A stretch of DNA of 64,000 bases, taken from Octopus vulgaris. Taxonomy: Eukaryota. A model generated the notes under the pieces. It ran no database searches and had not been told where the DNA came from. It was given only the letters and a program-made list of their open reading frames with translations. Where the stretch lies: assembly GCA_951406725.2 (NCBI GenBank), contig OX597834.1, forward strand, positions 29,574,001 to 29,638,000, in the 5' to 3' direction. Numbering within the stretch: the stretch's first letter is position 1; each line of letters opens with the position of its first letter. The position numbers were made by a program, and so were the translations under genes. Positions 1-12,149 of the stretch are shown piece by piece.

Positions 1-146
1 TTATTTAAAAATACGATCGATTTCCCATTTGTTTCTTCAAATGAATCTAATTCTTTTATTTATATTTTTTCTTTTCTTTTTTTTTTTTATAATTTGCAAA
101 AACACAATGTTTTATTGTTTTTAACTAATGATTTTATTTCAAACAG

Positions 147-383
147 GAAAAAAAAAAACCCCCGGCAAAAACAAAAATGAAAATAATATAATTCCATTAC
201 AAGGGCTTGTTATTAATAATAACGATGATAATAACGTTAATCTTGATTATGATGTTAATACTAACAGATTCCTAATCAGCGATGGTGGTGGTGGTGGTGG
301 TGGTGGTGATGCTTGTAATGATATTGATGACAAGAGTGGTGATAGTGGTGACGGTGACAGTAGTGATGATGATGATGATGAAG

Positions 384-435
<52 letters not shown>

Positions 436-502
436 TTATAATTACAGTATCAGTAATAAAACCGAATATCTCAGTGAGTTAATTGAGCCGAGCAAGTCTT
501 GA
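147..502 (+). CDS. Candidate alternative 3' exon (phase 1), low-complexity tail xKKKTPGKNK...ELIEPSKS*
   Basis: Branch-like CTAAT at 125, ATTTTATTTCAAACAG acceptor; phase-1 entry stays open 118 codons (ORF 128..502), but part of it is GGT/GAT/AAT microsatellite. Confidence 0.35.
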
Positions 503-1107
503 ATTTTAAACATAGAATTTATTTTCGATTCTCAGTTGCACAACGATGAAACCAAATCTGTTACAAAGATACACAAGTCATAAAATATAATCTAAACATG
601 AAGAAATTCTTCAGGTCGAACATTTAATTGTAAAAGCTGATCTGCAACAGTTGCAATGATTTATTTATCGTAGAGTGCTGACATGTTTCCATTGCTGGAA
701 CGAACAACTTAAATAAATAAAGCAAACGGAGGGGAGACCAAATAAAAGAAAATAAATCAAAGGTTTGAAAGTGTAGGGTGGAAGTGGATGAGAAATTTTT
801 GGCTGTGAAAGGGAATGGAATACATTCTATTGTAGTCTGTTGTTTTGGTGAGTTTGAATGGTAGGCATTGATGTTGCAGTAGAAGTAAGGCTTTGGTGAA
901 TTGAGTCTTATGACCTGGATTCTAGTCCTATTTAAAACTATTTCGTTTACAATATTGAAATTCTTTGAAACATGAAAATTGCAGATTAACATTTCACACA
1001 TCCCTTTAGCAGAAAAACTAAATTTTTAAAATGTTTGAATAGTTTTAAAGCAATTAACTCCACCTTTACCTTTTCTATTTTTTACACAACATTTTTATCT
1101 GCCTCAT

Positions 1108-1496
1108 AATCATCATCATAATCATCATCATCTATCTATCCACTCAGTCGAAGTCGACTCTTGGTTACTCTCGGTTACTCGTCCTCCAGTCAGTTCTATC
1201 CTGGGCCGCTTCTTTCAGATTGGCTATGTCCATTCCAGTATCACTCTTGATGGTGTCAAGCCAGCGGGTTCTTGGTTGGCCTCTTCCTCTCTTGCCACTG
1301 ACCATTCCAAGCATGATGTCCTTCTCCAGGGATTTTCTCCGCATAATATGACCGAAATATGCCAATCTATGCTTGGTGATCCTAGCTTCTAGCGACATTT
1401 TCGGCCTGATCTGCTTAAGAACTTCTCCATTGGTGAACCTCACTGTCCATGGAATCCATAAAAGTCTTCTCCAACACCAAAGCTCGAATGCATAAA
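1108..1496 (-). mobile_element. 5'-truncated RTE-clade LINE (BovB-like) ORF end plus (GAT)n tail
   Basis: Translation AFELWCWRR..IPWT...RLAYFGHIMRR..LEKDIMLG.V.GKRGRGQPRTRWLD...DRTDWR is the typical RTE ORF C-terminus. Confidence 0.9.
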
Positions 1497-1832
1497 ATCA
1501 TCATCATAATGTCCACTTTTCCTGGTTTGCATGAGTTGGACAGAGTTTATTGCAGTAGATCTTCTATGGCTGGACGCCCTTCCTGTCACCAACCCTCATC
1601 TGTTCCCAAACAAGGTAGTATTTCCCAATGACCAGACATGTTTTTGTGGAATACTGGAACTGAATAACACTATTTATTTGTGAGTGGCACCCATTAACAA
1701 CTACCACATAAGGATACTACCACAAAAGATACACACACTGAAACTCACACACATACATATGTATATATACTCATAAGATATATAAGATATACACACGCAC
1801 ATACACATATATGTAGATACATATAAATACAT

Positions 1833-1863
<31 letters not shown>

Positions 1864-1899
1864 CACACACATGCACATATAGATACTTATACATGTGTA

Positions 1900-1933
<34 letters not shown>

Positions 1934-1944
1934 AGATCATTAGC

Positions 1945-2120
1945 TCCTACATGCATTTTTTTCTCTCCTTGTTTCTTTTCTGTGTATCTTTCTGTCGAAG
2001 AGCGTAGGCTCGAAACGTAAAAGACTTTTTCTATTTCTATTCCTGAGCACCATACTAATACATGTGTTTGTTTGTACTCCACCTGCCTTCGTCTTTTGTT
2101 TATTTTCGTAAACCTTCCCA
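1945..2120 (+). mobile_element. Penelope-like short element in (TA)n with a minimal hammerhead motif (1987-2024)
   Basis: TCTTT CTGTCGA A GAGC-GTAG-GCTC GAAAC GTA AAAGA; same layout as the elements at 24175, 28990 and 40773; core carries an A>T change. Confidence 0.6.
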
Positions 2121-2532
2121 TTATATATACATACACATGTATATATATACATTTATGCACAAACACACACCACTCTCACATATACATACATATGATGATA
2201 GGCTTTTATCAATTCCTATGTAGCAAATCTACAGAGCTGTAGTTTACCTGGGGCTACAGTAGAAAAGACTTGCCTAAGGTATCATGCTGTGGGACTGAAC
2301 CCAAAACCATGTCAAATTTGTTTGCTCCTATCCTGAGTTTAGGCTTCTCTGTCAACTTTTCCTTTCCTCATTCTAAGGTTGACAAAGTAAGGTTTTGTTA
2401 GGTACAAAGGATTGAGAATATTCATCTTGTTCTAAAATGAAATTCTTAATTTTGTTGAACAACCATGGATGTAACGATTATATATATATATATATATATA
2501 TAGATATATATATATATATATATATATAAAGC

Positions 2533-2933
2533 CTAGCAGTATCGCCCGGCATTGCTCGGGTTTGTAAGAGAAATAACTACATAAGCATTTTTAGAGAGTT
2601 ATAGCCAAAAAATAGCAAAAAAATGCATTAAAAATGGAAAAAAAATTATGGTAAATTTTTTTTAAATCGTTGACTAATCGTAGACATTTTTAGAGAGTTA
2701 CTTCCCTTATGTAATAGCGAAAAAATGCATTAAAATGGAAAAAAATGATGGTAAATTTTTTTTAAAATCATAGACTCATCGTAGATGCGTGCTAATACCC
2801 AGAAAGGCTCGATATGAATCACGACTATAAGATACCCGGTTTTGGTTACACTGCACCGCAAAATGTGGGAGTAGTTAGGAATCTAAATCGTAGGAGACAG
2901 ACACTCACACAACTTCACTTTTATATATAAAGA
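2533..2933 (-). mobile_element. Non-autonomous Helitron
   Basis: On - strand starts A|TC and ends with GC-rich hairpin CCCGAGCAATGCCGGG followed about 10 nt later by CTAG; internal ~105-bp tandem duplication. Confidence 0.8.
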
Positions 2934-3291
2934 TATCAAAAGTTGTTACTAAACATTGTAGTATTATTTTTTTAAGACAAGAAACTAGTTGTGATGTTCA
3001 TAGCTTTTTTGTGGGTATTTAGGGTATCGGAGAGAAATAATATGGCCACAACTAAGAATCAAAGCTGATTCGTAGTTGTAACTCACGGACAGATTACTTC
3101 TGCTCCATAACACATATCTAGAATCATTACAAGGAAATGGCTGAGTGAATAAAATATCAGATTACCTGCACCTTGTTGATTGCAGGTGTTTAATTGTGTT
3201 TCTAAACAGAACATTTTATTTTTCATGGCTTCAGTTTATCTAATTGTTAGGAAGTGATACCATATTATCAGTGACTGTTTATCTTTCATAG

Positions 3292-3335
3292 AAAAATCGA
3301 CCTCTCATCTGCATAATGCTGCCCCAGCCATCTAA
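3292..3335 (+). CDS. Candidate alternative 3' exon xKSTSHLHNAAPAI*
   Basis: TGTTTATCTTTCATAG acceptor; phase-1 peptide shares SH[LP]xxAA with exon 56961. Confidence 0.4.
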
Positions 3336-3738
3336 GCACCTGCTTCTAAAATCCTATTTGATTTAGGAAGAATCAGTAATTTTATATTCACTAGATTATG
3401 CTTTTCACCAGGCAAGCACATTATGTCCTTGAGCAGGGCACTTCATTCCATGTTTGCTTTAGTCTGCTCAACTCAGCTCTGCACCTGTTGAATGCCAGTA
3501 CATCCGACTCTGCCTTCAACTGTCCCATCCTGGATATTCCTCTGGGCCAAGAGAGGGAGAGCCAAGGGAAGCTGATGTCTCCACACAATGACATGGACAT
3601 CTAAAACAATTAGTGAAAGCACTAATTATTCTGTAGAGTCTTACTTACAAAAGTAACAGTTATAGTTTTTTTCTTTTTTTGTGTTCATTTTTCCTTTTTT
3701 TTTTGTTAAGAAATTTGTGACTGTAGTAATTATTGCAG

Positions 3739-3959
3739 TTAAATCATGCATGGTTCAAAATGCTGGAGGTAAAAGGAGGCATAAATATGCTCAATGCTTT
3801 CCACATTGGATGCTTGAGGGAAACCTGCTGTGTCTTTACATCTTCACCACTGCAATACAGCGTCAAATGAAGAAATGTACTGCAAAATTGTTTGTGATTG
3901 AATGGTCATCATCATCATCATCATCATCATCATTGTTTAACGTCCGTTCTCCATGCTAG
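3739..3959 (+). CDS. Candidate alternative 3' exon xKSCMVQNAGGKRRHKYAQCFPHW... (3' end runs into an RTE tail)
   Basis: TATTGCAG acceptor in phase 1 of ORF 3681..3959; TATTGCAGT (3731-3739) is complementary to ACTGCAATA (3849-3857); hairpin 3790-3818. Confidence 0.45.
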
Positions 3960-4130
3960 CATGGGTTGGACGGTTCGACCGGGGATCTGGGAAGCCAGAA
4001 GGCTGCACCAGGCTCCAGTCTTTATCTGGCAATGTTTCTACAGCTGGATGCCCTTCCTAATGCCAACCACTCCGTGAGTGTAGTGGGTGCTTTTTACGTG
4101 CCACCTGCACAGGTGCCAGGTGAGGCTGGC
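3906..4130 (-). mobile_element. RTE 3'UTR-type repeat (family D) with (GAT)n tail
   Basis: Similar to copies at 19271, 35505, 48250, 48880 and 63478. Confidence 0.85.
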
Positions 4131-4570
4131 AATTATAAAATACTGGTAGCTCAGATGGCTAGGCCATGCACTCAGAGTGGAGTGAGATAGAATACCAAAG
4201 GTAACGTTAAGAAAGACACCAACTGAAAAGCAAAGTTTTGGCCCAGCAATTTTGTGGGGAGGGTTTTGTGAGTACTTCATTGGTACTTTATTTCATTGAC
4301 CTTAAAAAATGAAAGACAAGGCTGACCTTGGTCATATTTGAACTCAGAATGTAAAGAGCTGGAAGAAATGCTGTTACCGTTTGTCCATTCCACTAGTTTG
4401 CTACCTTGAAGATTAAACAAGTAGTGATAATATGATGCCTCTACAGAACCTAATTCCCTATTGATGAATACCTGTGAGTATCTGCAAATACCTGTGTGTA
4501 CCTAAAACCAATATGCTAACTCTTAATCATGCTTATACGAGTTAAATGAATTATTAATGCTTCCCATCAG

Positions 4571-4641
4571 CATCTGACCACAAACTCAAAGAAGAACATA
4601 ATCAGGTTGTATGGCATCAATGTTTTTCTCAAGAGCATTAG
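4571..4641 (+). CDS. Candidate alternative 3' exon xSDHKLKEEHNQVVWHQCFSQEH*
   Basis: CTTCCCATCAG acceptor; 4556-4571 can pair with 4710-4725; stem 4614-4622/4648-4656 encloses the stop; VWHQ shared with exon 52006. Confidence 0.45.
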
Positions 4642-4995
4642 GGTTGTTATTGATGTGATTTGGTTCCAACCGAACATTAAAAGTGGATCACAGCGCATGA
4701 GGCGGAAGGGCTTACTGGGATCATTCCTTCTATTTTGCCTATCTTAACGAACAACAATGAAGATTAATCCAACAATTGCAAGATTTTTATGTCTTTAAAT
4801 TTTATACTACATAATAAGCTCTGTCTTCATGTGATGTTCATAATTGTACAAATTATTCAGTGCAGGGATTAATCTAAGGAAAACTGTTATTGTAACTCAA
4901 ATGGATATCTGCAGAATGAAGAATGGTTTTAAAATTCAGCAATTTGCAATAACTATTCACAGCCTTATTCCTAATCTTAGCAAAATGTAAACATA

Positions 4996-5403
4996 GGTGC
5001 AGGAGTGGCTGTGTGGTAAGTAGCTTGCTAACCAACCACATGGTTCCGGGTTCAGTCCCACTGCGTGGCACCTTGGGCAAGTATCTTCTACTATAGCCTC
5101 GGGCCGACCAAAGCCTTGTGAGTGGATTTGGTAGACGGAAACTGAAAGAAGCCCATCGTATATATGTATATGTATATATGTATGTGTGTGTGTTTGTGTG
5201 TCTGTGTTTGTTCCCCAAGCATTGCTTGACAACCGATGCTGGTGTGTTTACGTCCCCGTCACTTAGCGGTTCGGCAAAAAGAGACCGACAGAATAAGTAC
5301 TGGGCTTACAAAGAATAAGTCCCGGGGTCGATTTGCTCGACTAAAGGTAGTGCTCCAGCATGGCCACAGTCAAATGACTGAAACAAGTAAAAGAGTAAAA
5401 GAG
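4996..5403 (+). mobile_element. tRNA-derived SINE family A, full length
   Basis: A-box TGGCTGTGTGG, B-box GGTTCAGTCCC, internal TA/TG tract, 3' hairpin CAGTC-AAAT-GACTG and (AGTAAAAG)n tail; many copies in window. Confidence 0.9.
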
Positions 5404-5539
5404 CATACAAAGCTAAAGCACCAGATGGTTCTTAGAAAAGATGTCAACTGAAATGTTGTATGAATAATAACGGAAAAGCCAAGGTTTCATAATTCATTTA
5501 ATCTTTTGCTAATCATTGTGGTTTGAGAGTTTTTTTTAC

Positions 5540-5750
5540 CTTTTACTTGTTTCAGTCATTGAACTGCGGCCATGCTGGAGCACCACCTCCAAGGGTCTTT
5601 TCTAGTTAAACAAATTAATCCTAATGTGTTTTTTAACTCTGGGTACTTATCCTATCGGCTTCTTTTGCCAAACCACTAACTTACAGGGACATAAACAAAC
5701 CAGCACTGGTTGTCAAGCAGTGAGTTGGAGGGGGGGGGGGCAAACACAGA
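5540..5750 (-). mobile_element. SINE family A 3' half, diverged, inverted relative to the 4996 copy
   Basis: Reverse complement of the family A tail. Confidence 0.75.
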
Positions 5751-5773
5751 CACACACACACACACACACACAT

Positions 5774-5811
<38 letters not shown>

Positions 5812-5894
5812 ATTGTTTTTCAACCCAATATTTACAAGCCATGATTTATTGCTTTGTCATTTGATTCAAAATCCACCATTCCAAAAGTGTATTA

Positions 5895-5908
5895 CATATA
5901 TATGTGTT

Positions 5909-5943
<35 letters not shown>

Positions 5944-5949
5944 ATATAT

Positions 5950-5997
<48 letters not shown>

Positions 5998-6123
5998 TTG
6001 TATATATATATATATATGTATATGTATATATGTATATATATATATGTATATGTATTTGTATATATATATATATATGTATATGTATATATGTATATATATA
6101 TATGTATATGTATATATGTATAT

Positions 6124-6218
<95 letters not shown>

Positions 6219-6231
6219 TGTATATGTATAT
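5895..6231. repeat. (TA)n/(TATG)n microsatellite
   Basis: Direct inspection. Confidence 0.95.
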
Positions 6232-6725
6232 AGTTGGTGTTAGGAAGGGCATCCAGCAGTGGAAATCATGCCAAATCAGGCTAGAGTCTGGTGCAGCCCT
6301 TCAGCTTACCAGCCTTTTAAGCCAGCATGGACAACAGATGTTAAATGATGATGATGATGATGATATATTTGCATGACAGGCTTGTACACAGTTTCCACCT
6401 GCTGCCAAATCTACTCACAAGACATTGGGCAGCCTGAGGCTATGGTAGAAGGAACATGCCCAAGGTGCCACACAGTGGGACAGAACCCAAAACTGCATGG
6501 TCGCGATGTGAGCTTCTTAAACCACACAGCCATAGCCGGCTGGATTTTGGTGGCATTTGGTCAAGCCCAGAGCTCTCCTCCCCCATTCACTTAGTCCACC
6601 ATGCATCACTGTAGGAACGTAAACACTGTAATTAATTAGAAGTCTAATAAGCCTGAAAGCTGGAGATTCTCTATTGTCTTGTAATTAAGTTCTGCCAGTG
6701 CACCCAGATTTTGGTATTTATGCAG

Positions 6726-7033
6726 GCTGTAAATTAACGAGAGGTGTGCAACAGTCCTTCCTGCTAAACACTTCCAATCACAACAGTCACAATATGGATA
6801 TCTCATTTCTACTGGAAAGGATTCTACAAGGAATTTTAAATGTCTTAGAAATACACAGAAATGCTGTTAATGTATCTTGTGTTTTATGTTTTTCTTCAGA
6901 AAATTTACTCTTTTTTTTTCAAGATTATGACAAGATCCTTTCACTCTGTTTTTTTTTTTTTTTTCTTTCTCTCTATTCCGAGGTTTTGTATCAAGAACCT
7001 GTAGTTTTTATCCCTTGCGATAATAATTATTGA
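6726..7033 (+). CDS. Candidate alternative 3' exon xCKLTRGVQQSF...IPCDNNY* with in-frame internal acceptors at 6900 and 6924
   Basis: Three acceptors (TATGCAG, TTTTCTTCAG, TTTTTCAAG) all enter ORF 6698..7033 in phase 1. Confidence 0.4.
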
Positions 7034-7128
7034 GTGGCTGAGATGATGTAGAGATAAAAAAATAAAAAAAACCCCACAAACGGTGATGCTGCTCGTGATG
7101 ATAGTCGAATCAATTCTTATCCCTGTAG

Positions 7129-7184
7129 GATTATCTCATCTCCGAAATATAGAATTGTACTCATTCTCAACTGTGTCCATATAA
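7129..7184 (+). CDS. Candidate alternative 3' exon [18 protein letters not shown]
   Basis: TTCTTATCCCTGTAG acceptor; exon start GATTATCTCA resembles GATTGTCTCA of exon 56961. Confidence 0.45.
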
Positions 7185-7253
7185 TGGTAAAAGAACTTAA
7201 GGTCACCTCTTTCATATGATCCTGACCAACCAAACTCCTGTTTCTTCTTGGAA

Positions 7254-7484
<231 letters not shown>

Positions 7485-8002
7485 GTTTCTGCTATTTATT
7501 GATGGTATTTTTTTATTTCCTTTCCTCATCCTTCCTTCTCTCTTTCCTTACTGCAACCATTTACAACCACCGCACAAACATTATCGTTGCTTCACCTGCT
7601 AATACCACCACCACCACCACCACCACTACCACCACTACCATTGTCACCGTTCTTACTATCACTAATATCAAAATGACTATAGACACTGCTACTGTTACTA
7701 CTACTACCAACACTGCCACAACCACCACCACCACCACCACCACCACCATTAGAACTATTATATTACCTTATCAGAGATATAAGTTTGGAGTGCTTGCACA
7801 CCAGGGGATAGTTGGTGTGTTTGGTGGTGGTTGTGGAGGGAGGGGGGTAACGGGAAGGGGGGGGATATTATTGTACATTTTTCTTTGTTTTATTTATTTA
7901 CTTTTATTTATTTATTATTTGTATATATATATATTTATATATATATATATTTTTTTTTATCATTTCATTTCAGCTCTTTGCTTTGAAGTGTATATTTTTC
8001 AG

Positions 8003-8058
8003 GATTGTTGAAGGGGAACAAAAGAAAAATTTCAGTTCAAAGCCACTGTTTTCAGTGA
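8003..8058 (+). CDS. Candidate alternative 3' exon xLLKGNKRKISVQSHCFQ*
   Basis: TATATTTTTCAG acceptor, phase-1 frame; little other support. Confidence 0.3.
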
Positions 8059-8284
8059 AATGTTTTCATCCATTCTCACTGCCACCTTCACCACCACCAC
8101 CACCACCACCACCACCACCACCACCACCACCACTACCACCACTACAACAACCATCAACTTTGTGCCATCATCATCATCACCTACAACATCAACCAAAACA
8201 AAATCTCTAAGCTGCAGAACTTCACTCCTCCTCCTCCTCCCTTTCCTACCTTCTTTATACTAGAATAGCTCAGTGAAGAAGAAG

Positions 8285-8323
<39 letters not shown>

Positions 8324-8469
8324 CAGCAGTAATGTCATACATAATAATAAGTAATACATTAAAGCTTCATTAGTTCTTTCTATCCAACCATGATGAAATA
8401 CAAACTATCTCGAGGGGGGGTTGAAATTGCCGACAGGAATTCCCAAAACACCCCTACTGCTTTCGCCAG

Positions 8470-8588
8470 CACTTGGCTTGAAAGCCAGCTTTTTATACGG
8501 ATCTCTGAGAAGACTTGCCCAAGTGAGCCTTGTGAACTTTGCATTCATGCAGCTGGGTGGATGTGCGTTCACGTGGACACTGCTGTGA
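8470..8588 (+). CDS. Candidate alternative 3' exon xLGLKASFLYGSLRRLAQVSLVNFAFMQLGGCAFTWTLL*
   Basis: CTACTGCTTTCGCCAG acceptor; nested stems 8470-8476/8519-8525, 8532-8548/8557-8572 and 8453-8458/8595-8600. Confidence 0.5.
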
Positions 8589-8718
8589 GGTTGGAGTAGG
8601 TTGCAATAATTGAGAATTTAGCAAGGCTTAGCTCATGGAGTGATTTAATTTCCGTTGTCTATCAGCAGCCTGGGCTATTCGCTCCGATGAAAGTACCTGC
8701 ATCCCATTCTTTTGAGAG

Positions 8719-8723
<5 letters not shown>

Positions 8724-8794
<71 letters not shown>

Positions 8795-9024
8795 AGAGAG
8801 TGAGTGAGTGAGAGAGAGAGAGGGCGAGAGTGAGTGAGTGAGAGAGAGAGAGGGAGAGAGAAAGATGGAGAGAGAGAGTGAGTGAGTGAGAGAGAGAGAT
8901 GGAGAGAGAGGGGGAGAGTAGAGTGAGAGAGAGAGAGCGAGTGAGAGAGAGAGAGTAAGTGAGTGAGAGAGAGAGAGTGAGTGAGAGAGAGAGAGAGGGA
9001 GAGAGAGGGAGTGAGTGAGTGAGA

Positions 9025-9065
<41 letters not shown>

Positions 9066-9182
9066 AAGATGGAAAGATGAAGATTTCTAAATTTGCCAGC
9101 CATTTCTCTGTGTATGTGTGTGTCTACATGTTCTGTTAAAGTCAGAAGAATAAGAGTGAATGAGTGGGAGAAACACACATAC

Positions 9183-9217
<35 letters not shown>

Positions 9218-9240
9218 GAGAGATAGACAGAGAGAGAGAT
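8724..9240. repeat. (GA)n/(GAGT)n/(GACA)n microsatellite complex
   Basis: Direct inspection. Confidence 0.9.
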
Positions 9241-9505
9241 GCAACAATCTATAAAGAATGGTGAAAAGAGCAGAGCGAAACTGAGTGAAGCAAAGTGGAG
9301 AGAAAATGAATGGAAGAAAGTAAAGAAACAGGCAAACAGAAATGTCTTTATAGTGTTGTTTAATTCCTCCTGGCTCTAAAAGTCACGGTATTTCTATAAG
9401 ATTAGCTTTATGAAGATCAGGCGGCTGGGTGGGGAGAAGGAGAGCAAGGGAGAGTGAGAAGTGCTGTGTGTGGGAGGTTTAGAAAAAGAAGGAAAGATAC
9501 ATGCG

Positions 9506-9543
<38 letters not shown>

Positions 9544-9920
9544 GACAGACAGACAGAAAAGGAAGAGATATAAAATGGTGAAAAGTGAACATTAATGTAT
9601 TTCTGCATGTGTGTGTGTGTGTGTGTGTGTGTGGAGGGGATACAGGTGTAGTCATTGAGAGAGAGAGAGGGAGAGAGAGAGAGAAAGAGAGAGCAATAGC
9701 TAATGGAAATTTAAAGAAGAGATATATCTGTGATGTGTATGAGCATCTACGGAATAACTAGAAAAGTGAGAAAGAAAGGAAAGATGTATATAAATAACAA
9801 ATACATAAATTAAGTGGTATTCCTTTATACTTCAACACGTGGTTCAATTTCGAACAGTGGTCTTGTTTTAACCACACTTTGAGTACAAGTCTGTCCACTC
9901 TCACTACAGTATGTGATGTT

Positions 9921-9960
<40 letters not shown>

Positions 9961-9961
<1 letters not shown>

Positions 9962-10190
9962 GGGAGTAAGCACATAAATGGTGAAACAAGGTGGAAAAAA
10001 GAGTACTCAAATACCAGAGGTAGAGTAATATGCTTTATTTAAAGCAGTAGAAATATAACAAAAGCTGTTACTCGGAGTTTCATGTTCCCGTTCGTCGGAC
10101 AGTTTTGTTAACAAAAAAAAACTGTCCGACGAATGGGAACATGAAACTCCGAGTAACAGCTTTTGTTATATTTCTGCTGCTTTAAATAAA

Positions 10191-10195
<5 letters not shown>
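9961..10195. mobile_element. Penelope-like insertion with ~78-bp inverted arms, each carrying a hammerhead motif
   Basis: Arms ~10029-10106 and ~10118-10195 with 3 mismatches; CTGT CCGACGA ATG-GGAA-CAT GAAAC TCCGAGT A ACAG at 10122-10159 and its inverse at 10065-10102; inserted in (TA)n. Confidence 0.65.
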
Positions 10196-10230
<35 letters not shown>

Positions 10231-10644
10231 TATATATAGTCCCAACCCATGCCTTCATGGAGGGCGGACATATATATATTGCAAATATAAATAGCAGAAA
10301 GGCAAAAAAGCAACAAAAATGTACTAGAGCTATTCACAGTTTGAATAATTAAGTAGATACTCAAAGAAAGAACAGAGTCTCAGCAAATTGGGTTCACTGC
10401 CCATTGCCATTTGCAAGAGAAAGAGGGAAGGTAAATTGACTCCAGCACATGACTGGTACTATATATATATATATATATCGTGCTAGCACGGAAAACGGAC
10501 GTTAAACGATGATGATGATGATAATTATATATGTATATATAAATCTTGAAGGAATGAAAGGCAAAGCTGGCCTTTGTGGATTTTAAACTTTGAGCACAAA
10601 GAACGAGAATACAATTCATTCCATCCAACACACTCATGAACAAC

Positions 10645-11010
10645 CTGTGTGTGTGTGTGGTTAAGAAGTTCATTCTGCAATCAAATGGCTTTTGGGTTGA
10701 GTCCCACAGTAGGCGAGTATCTTCTACCATAGCCTCATGCCAACCTACGCCTTGTGAAAGGATTTAGTTGATGGAAACTGCATGAAAGCTTGTCATATAT
10801 GTAAATATGTATGTATTTGTGTTTGTGCTTGTCCCATCCATTTAACAACTAGTGTTAGTTTGTTTACATCCCCTATAACTTAAAAGTTCACTGAGAGAAG
10901 CTGGTAGGATAAATATCAGGCTTTTAAGAATAAGTGCTGGGGTTGATTTATTTGACTAAACTCTTCAAGGTAGTGCCCCAGCATGGCCACTGTCCAATGA
11001 CTGAAACAAA
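10645..11010 (+). mobile_element. SINE family A, diverged copy
   Basis: Colinear similarity to 4996-5403. Confidence 0.75.
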
Positions 11011-11250
11011 AGGTACACACACACACACACACACATACACACAGTGAACTACTGCACACAACCAAATTCCACGGACAAGGTATTGGTCAACCCAAAGTGA
11101 TAGCAGGGTACACTTGCGCTCAGTGTCACTGAGGGAAGCTGGTAGGATAAATATCAGGCTTTTAAGAATAAGTGCTGGGGTTGATTTATTTGACTAAACT
11201 CTTCAAGGTAGTGCCCCAGCATGGCCACAGTCCAATGACTGAAACAAAAG

Positions 11251-11292
<42 letters not shown>

Positions 11293-11314
11293 ACAGTGAA
11301 CTACTGCACACAAC
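10888..11314 (+). repeat. Near-perfect local direct duplication (~175-190 bp; 10888-11062 and 11126-11314)
   Basis: Copies differ by 2 substitutions and (CA)n length. Confidence 0.9.
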
Positions 11315-11534
11315 AATATAGAGAGACCCAATATAGAACCAAGAGGATTTAAGAGAAATCAAAGCCTGATGTATTCACCAAGGCATTTTTAAAGAAGGAA
11401 CGTTTGTCTTCCTATGGAAATAGCCTCAAGAAAATGATTGCAAATACCGAAATCACTGTTTTGAGTTCAAGTCTGGCTAAGATTAATCCTGTTTGCCATT
11501 TCTCTCAGAGGAGTCAATGAAATAAATGGTAAAG

Positions 11535-11868
11535 ACCCCCTTCAGTCATGAATGACCATGGGATTGCACCTAGAAAGTTACCCTCCTAGACACAAGTCCG
11601 GGCAAGGTTGTTTATGGAAGACCAGCAGTCGCCCATGCATACCAGTGTCCCCTCTCTATGCCGTCAATGTTATCCAAGGGAAAAGCAAAGGGGCCGATAC
11701 AGCTTGGCACCTGTGACGTCGCAACTCATTTCTACAGCTGAGTCAACTGGAGCAACGTGAAATAAAGCGTCTTGCTCAAGAACACAACACGCAGCCCGGT
11801 CCGGGATTCGAGCTCACAACCTCACGATCGTAAGCTCGACGCTCTAACCACTGAGCCATGCGCCTTCA
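11535..11868 (-). mobile_element. tRNA-derived SINE family C
   Basis: A-box TGGCTCAGTGG and B-box-like GCTCGAATCCC on - strand; matches 19653-19968. Confidence 0.88.
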
Positions 11869-12149
11869 TAAATGAAATAAATACCTGTAATACACAAGAA
11901 TCAATTCAGTCAACGATGCACCTTTTTCTCTACGCAAGAAATTAAAAACAAAAACAAACAAGAAATCCCGCTTTGTTCCCAGTGAAAGGAAACCATTGTT
12001 AAATATAATCAAGTAATATAATGGCATTAGTATTATTAAACATCATACTGTGATGTTCTGCAGATTTTTATAACAATATATTTAATTATCTCACAATGGG
12101 ATATAATTGATGATGGAGATGATAATGGCGGTGACAGTGGTGGTAAGGG

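Noticed and set aside
5624-6376. Long ORFs rich in YI/CV/HT/LS here and at 18207-18830, 36858-37506, 42797-44908 and 54901-55831
   Set aside because: Translations of dinucleotide microsatellites, open in many frames on both strands
7136-7247. Minus-strand terminal exon [24 protein letters not shown]... after a T-run/CCAAG acceptor
   Set aside because: No recognisable homology; the + strand reading (7129) fits the window-wide pattern better. Not formally excluded
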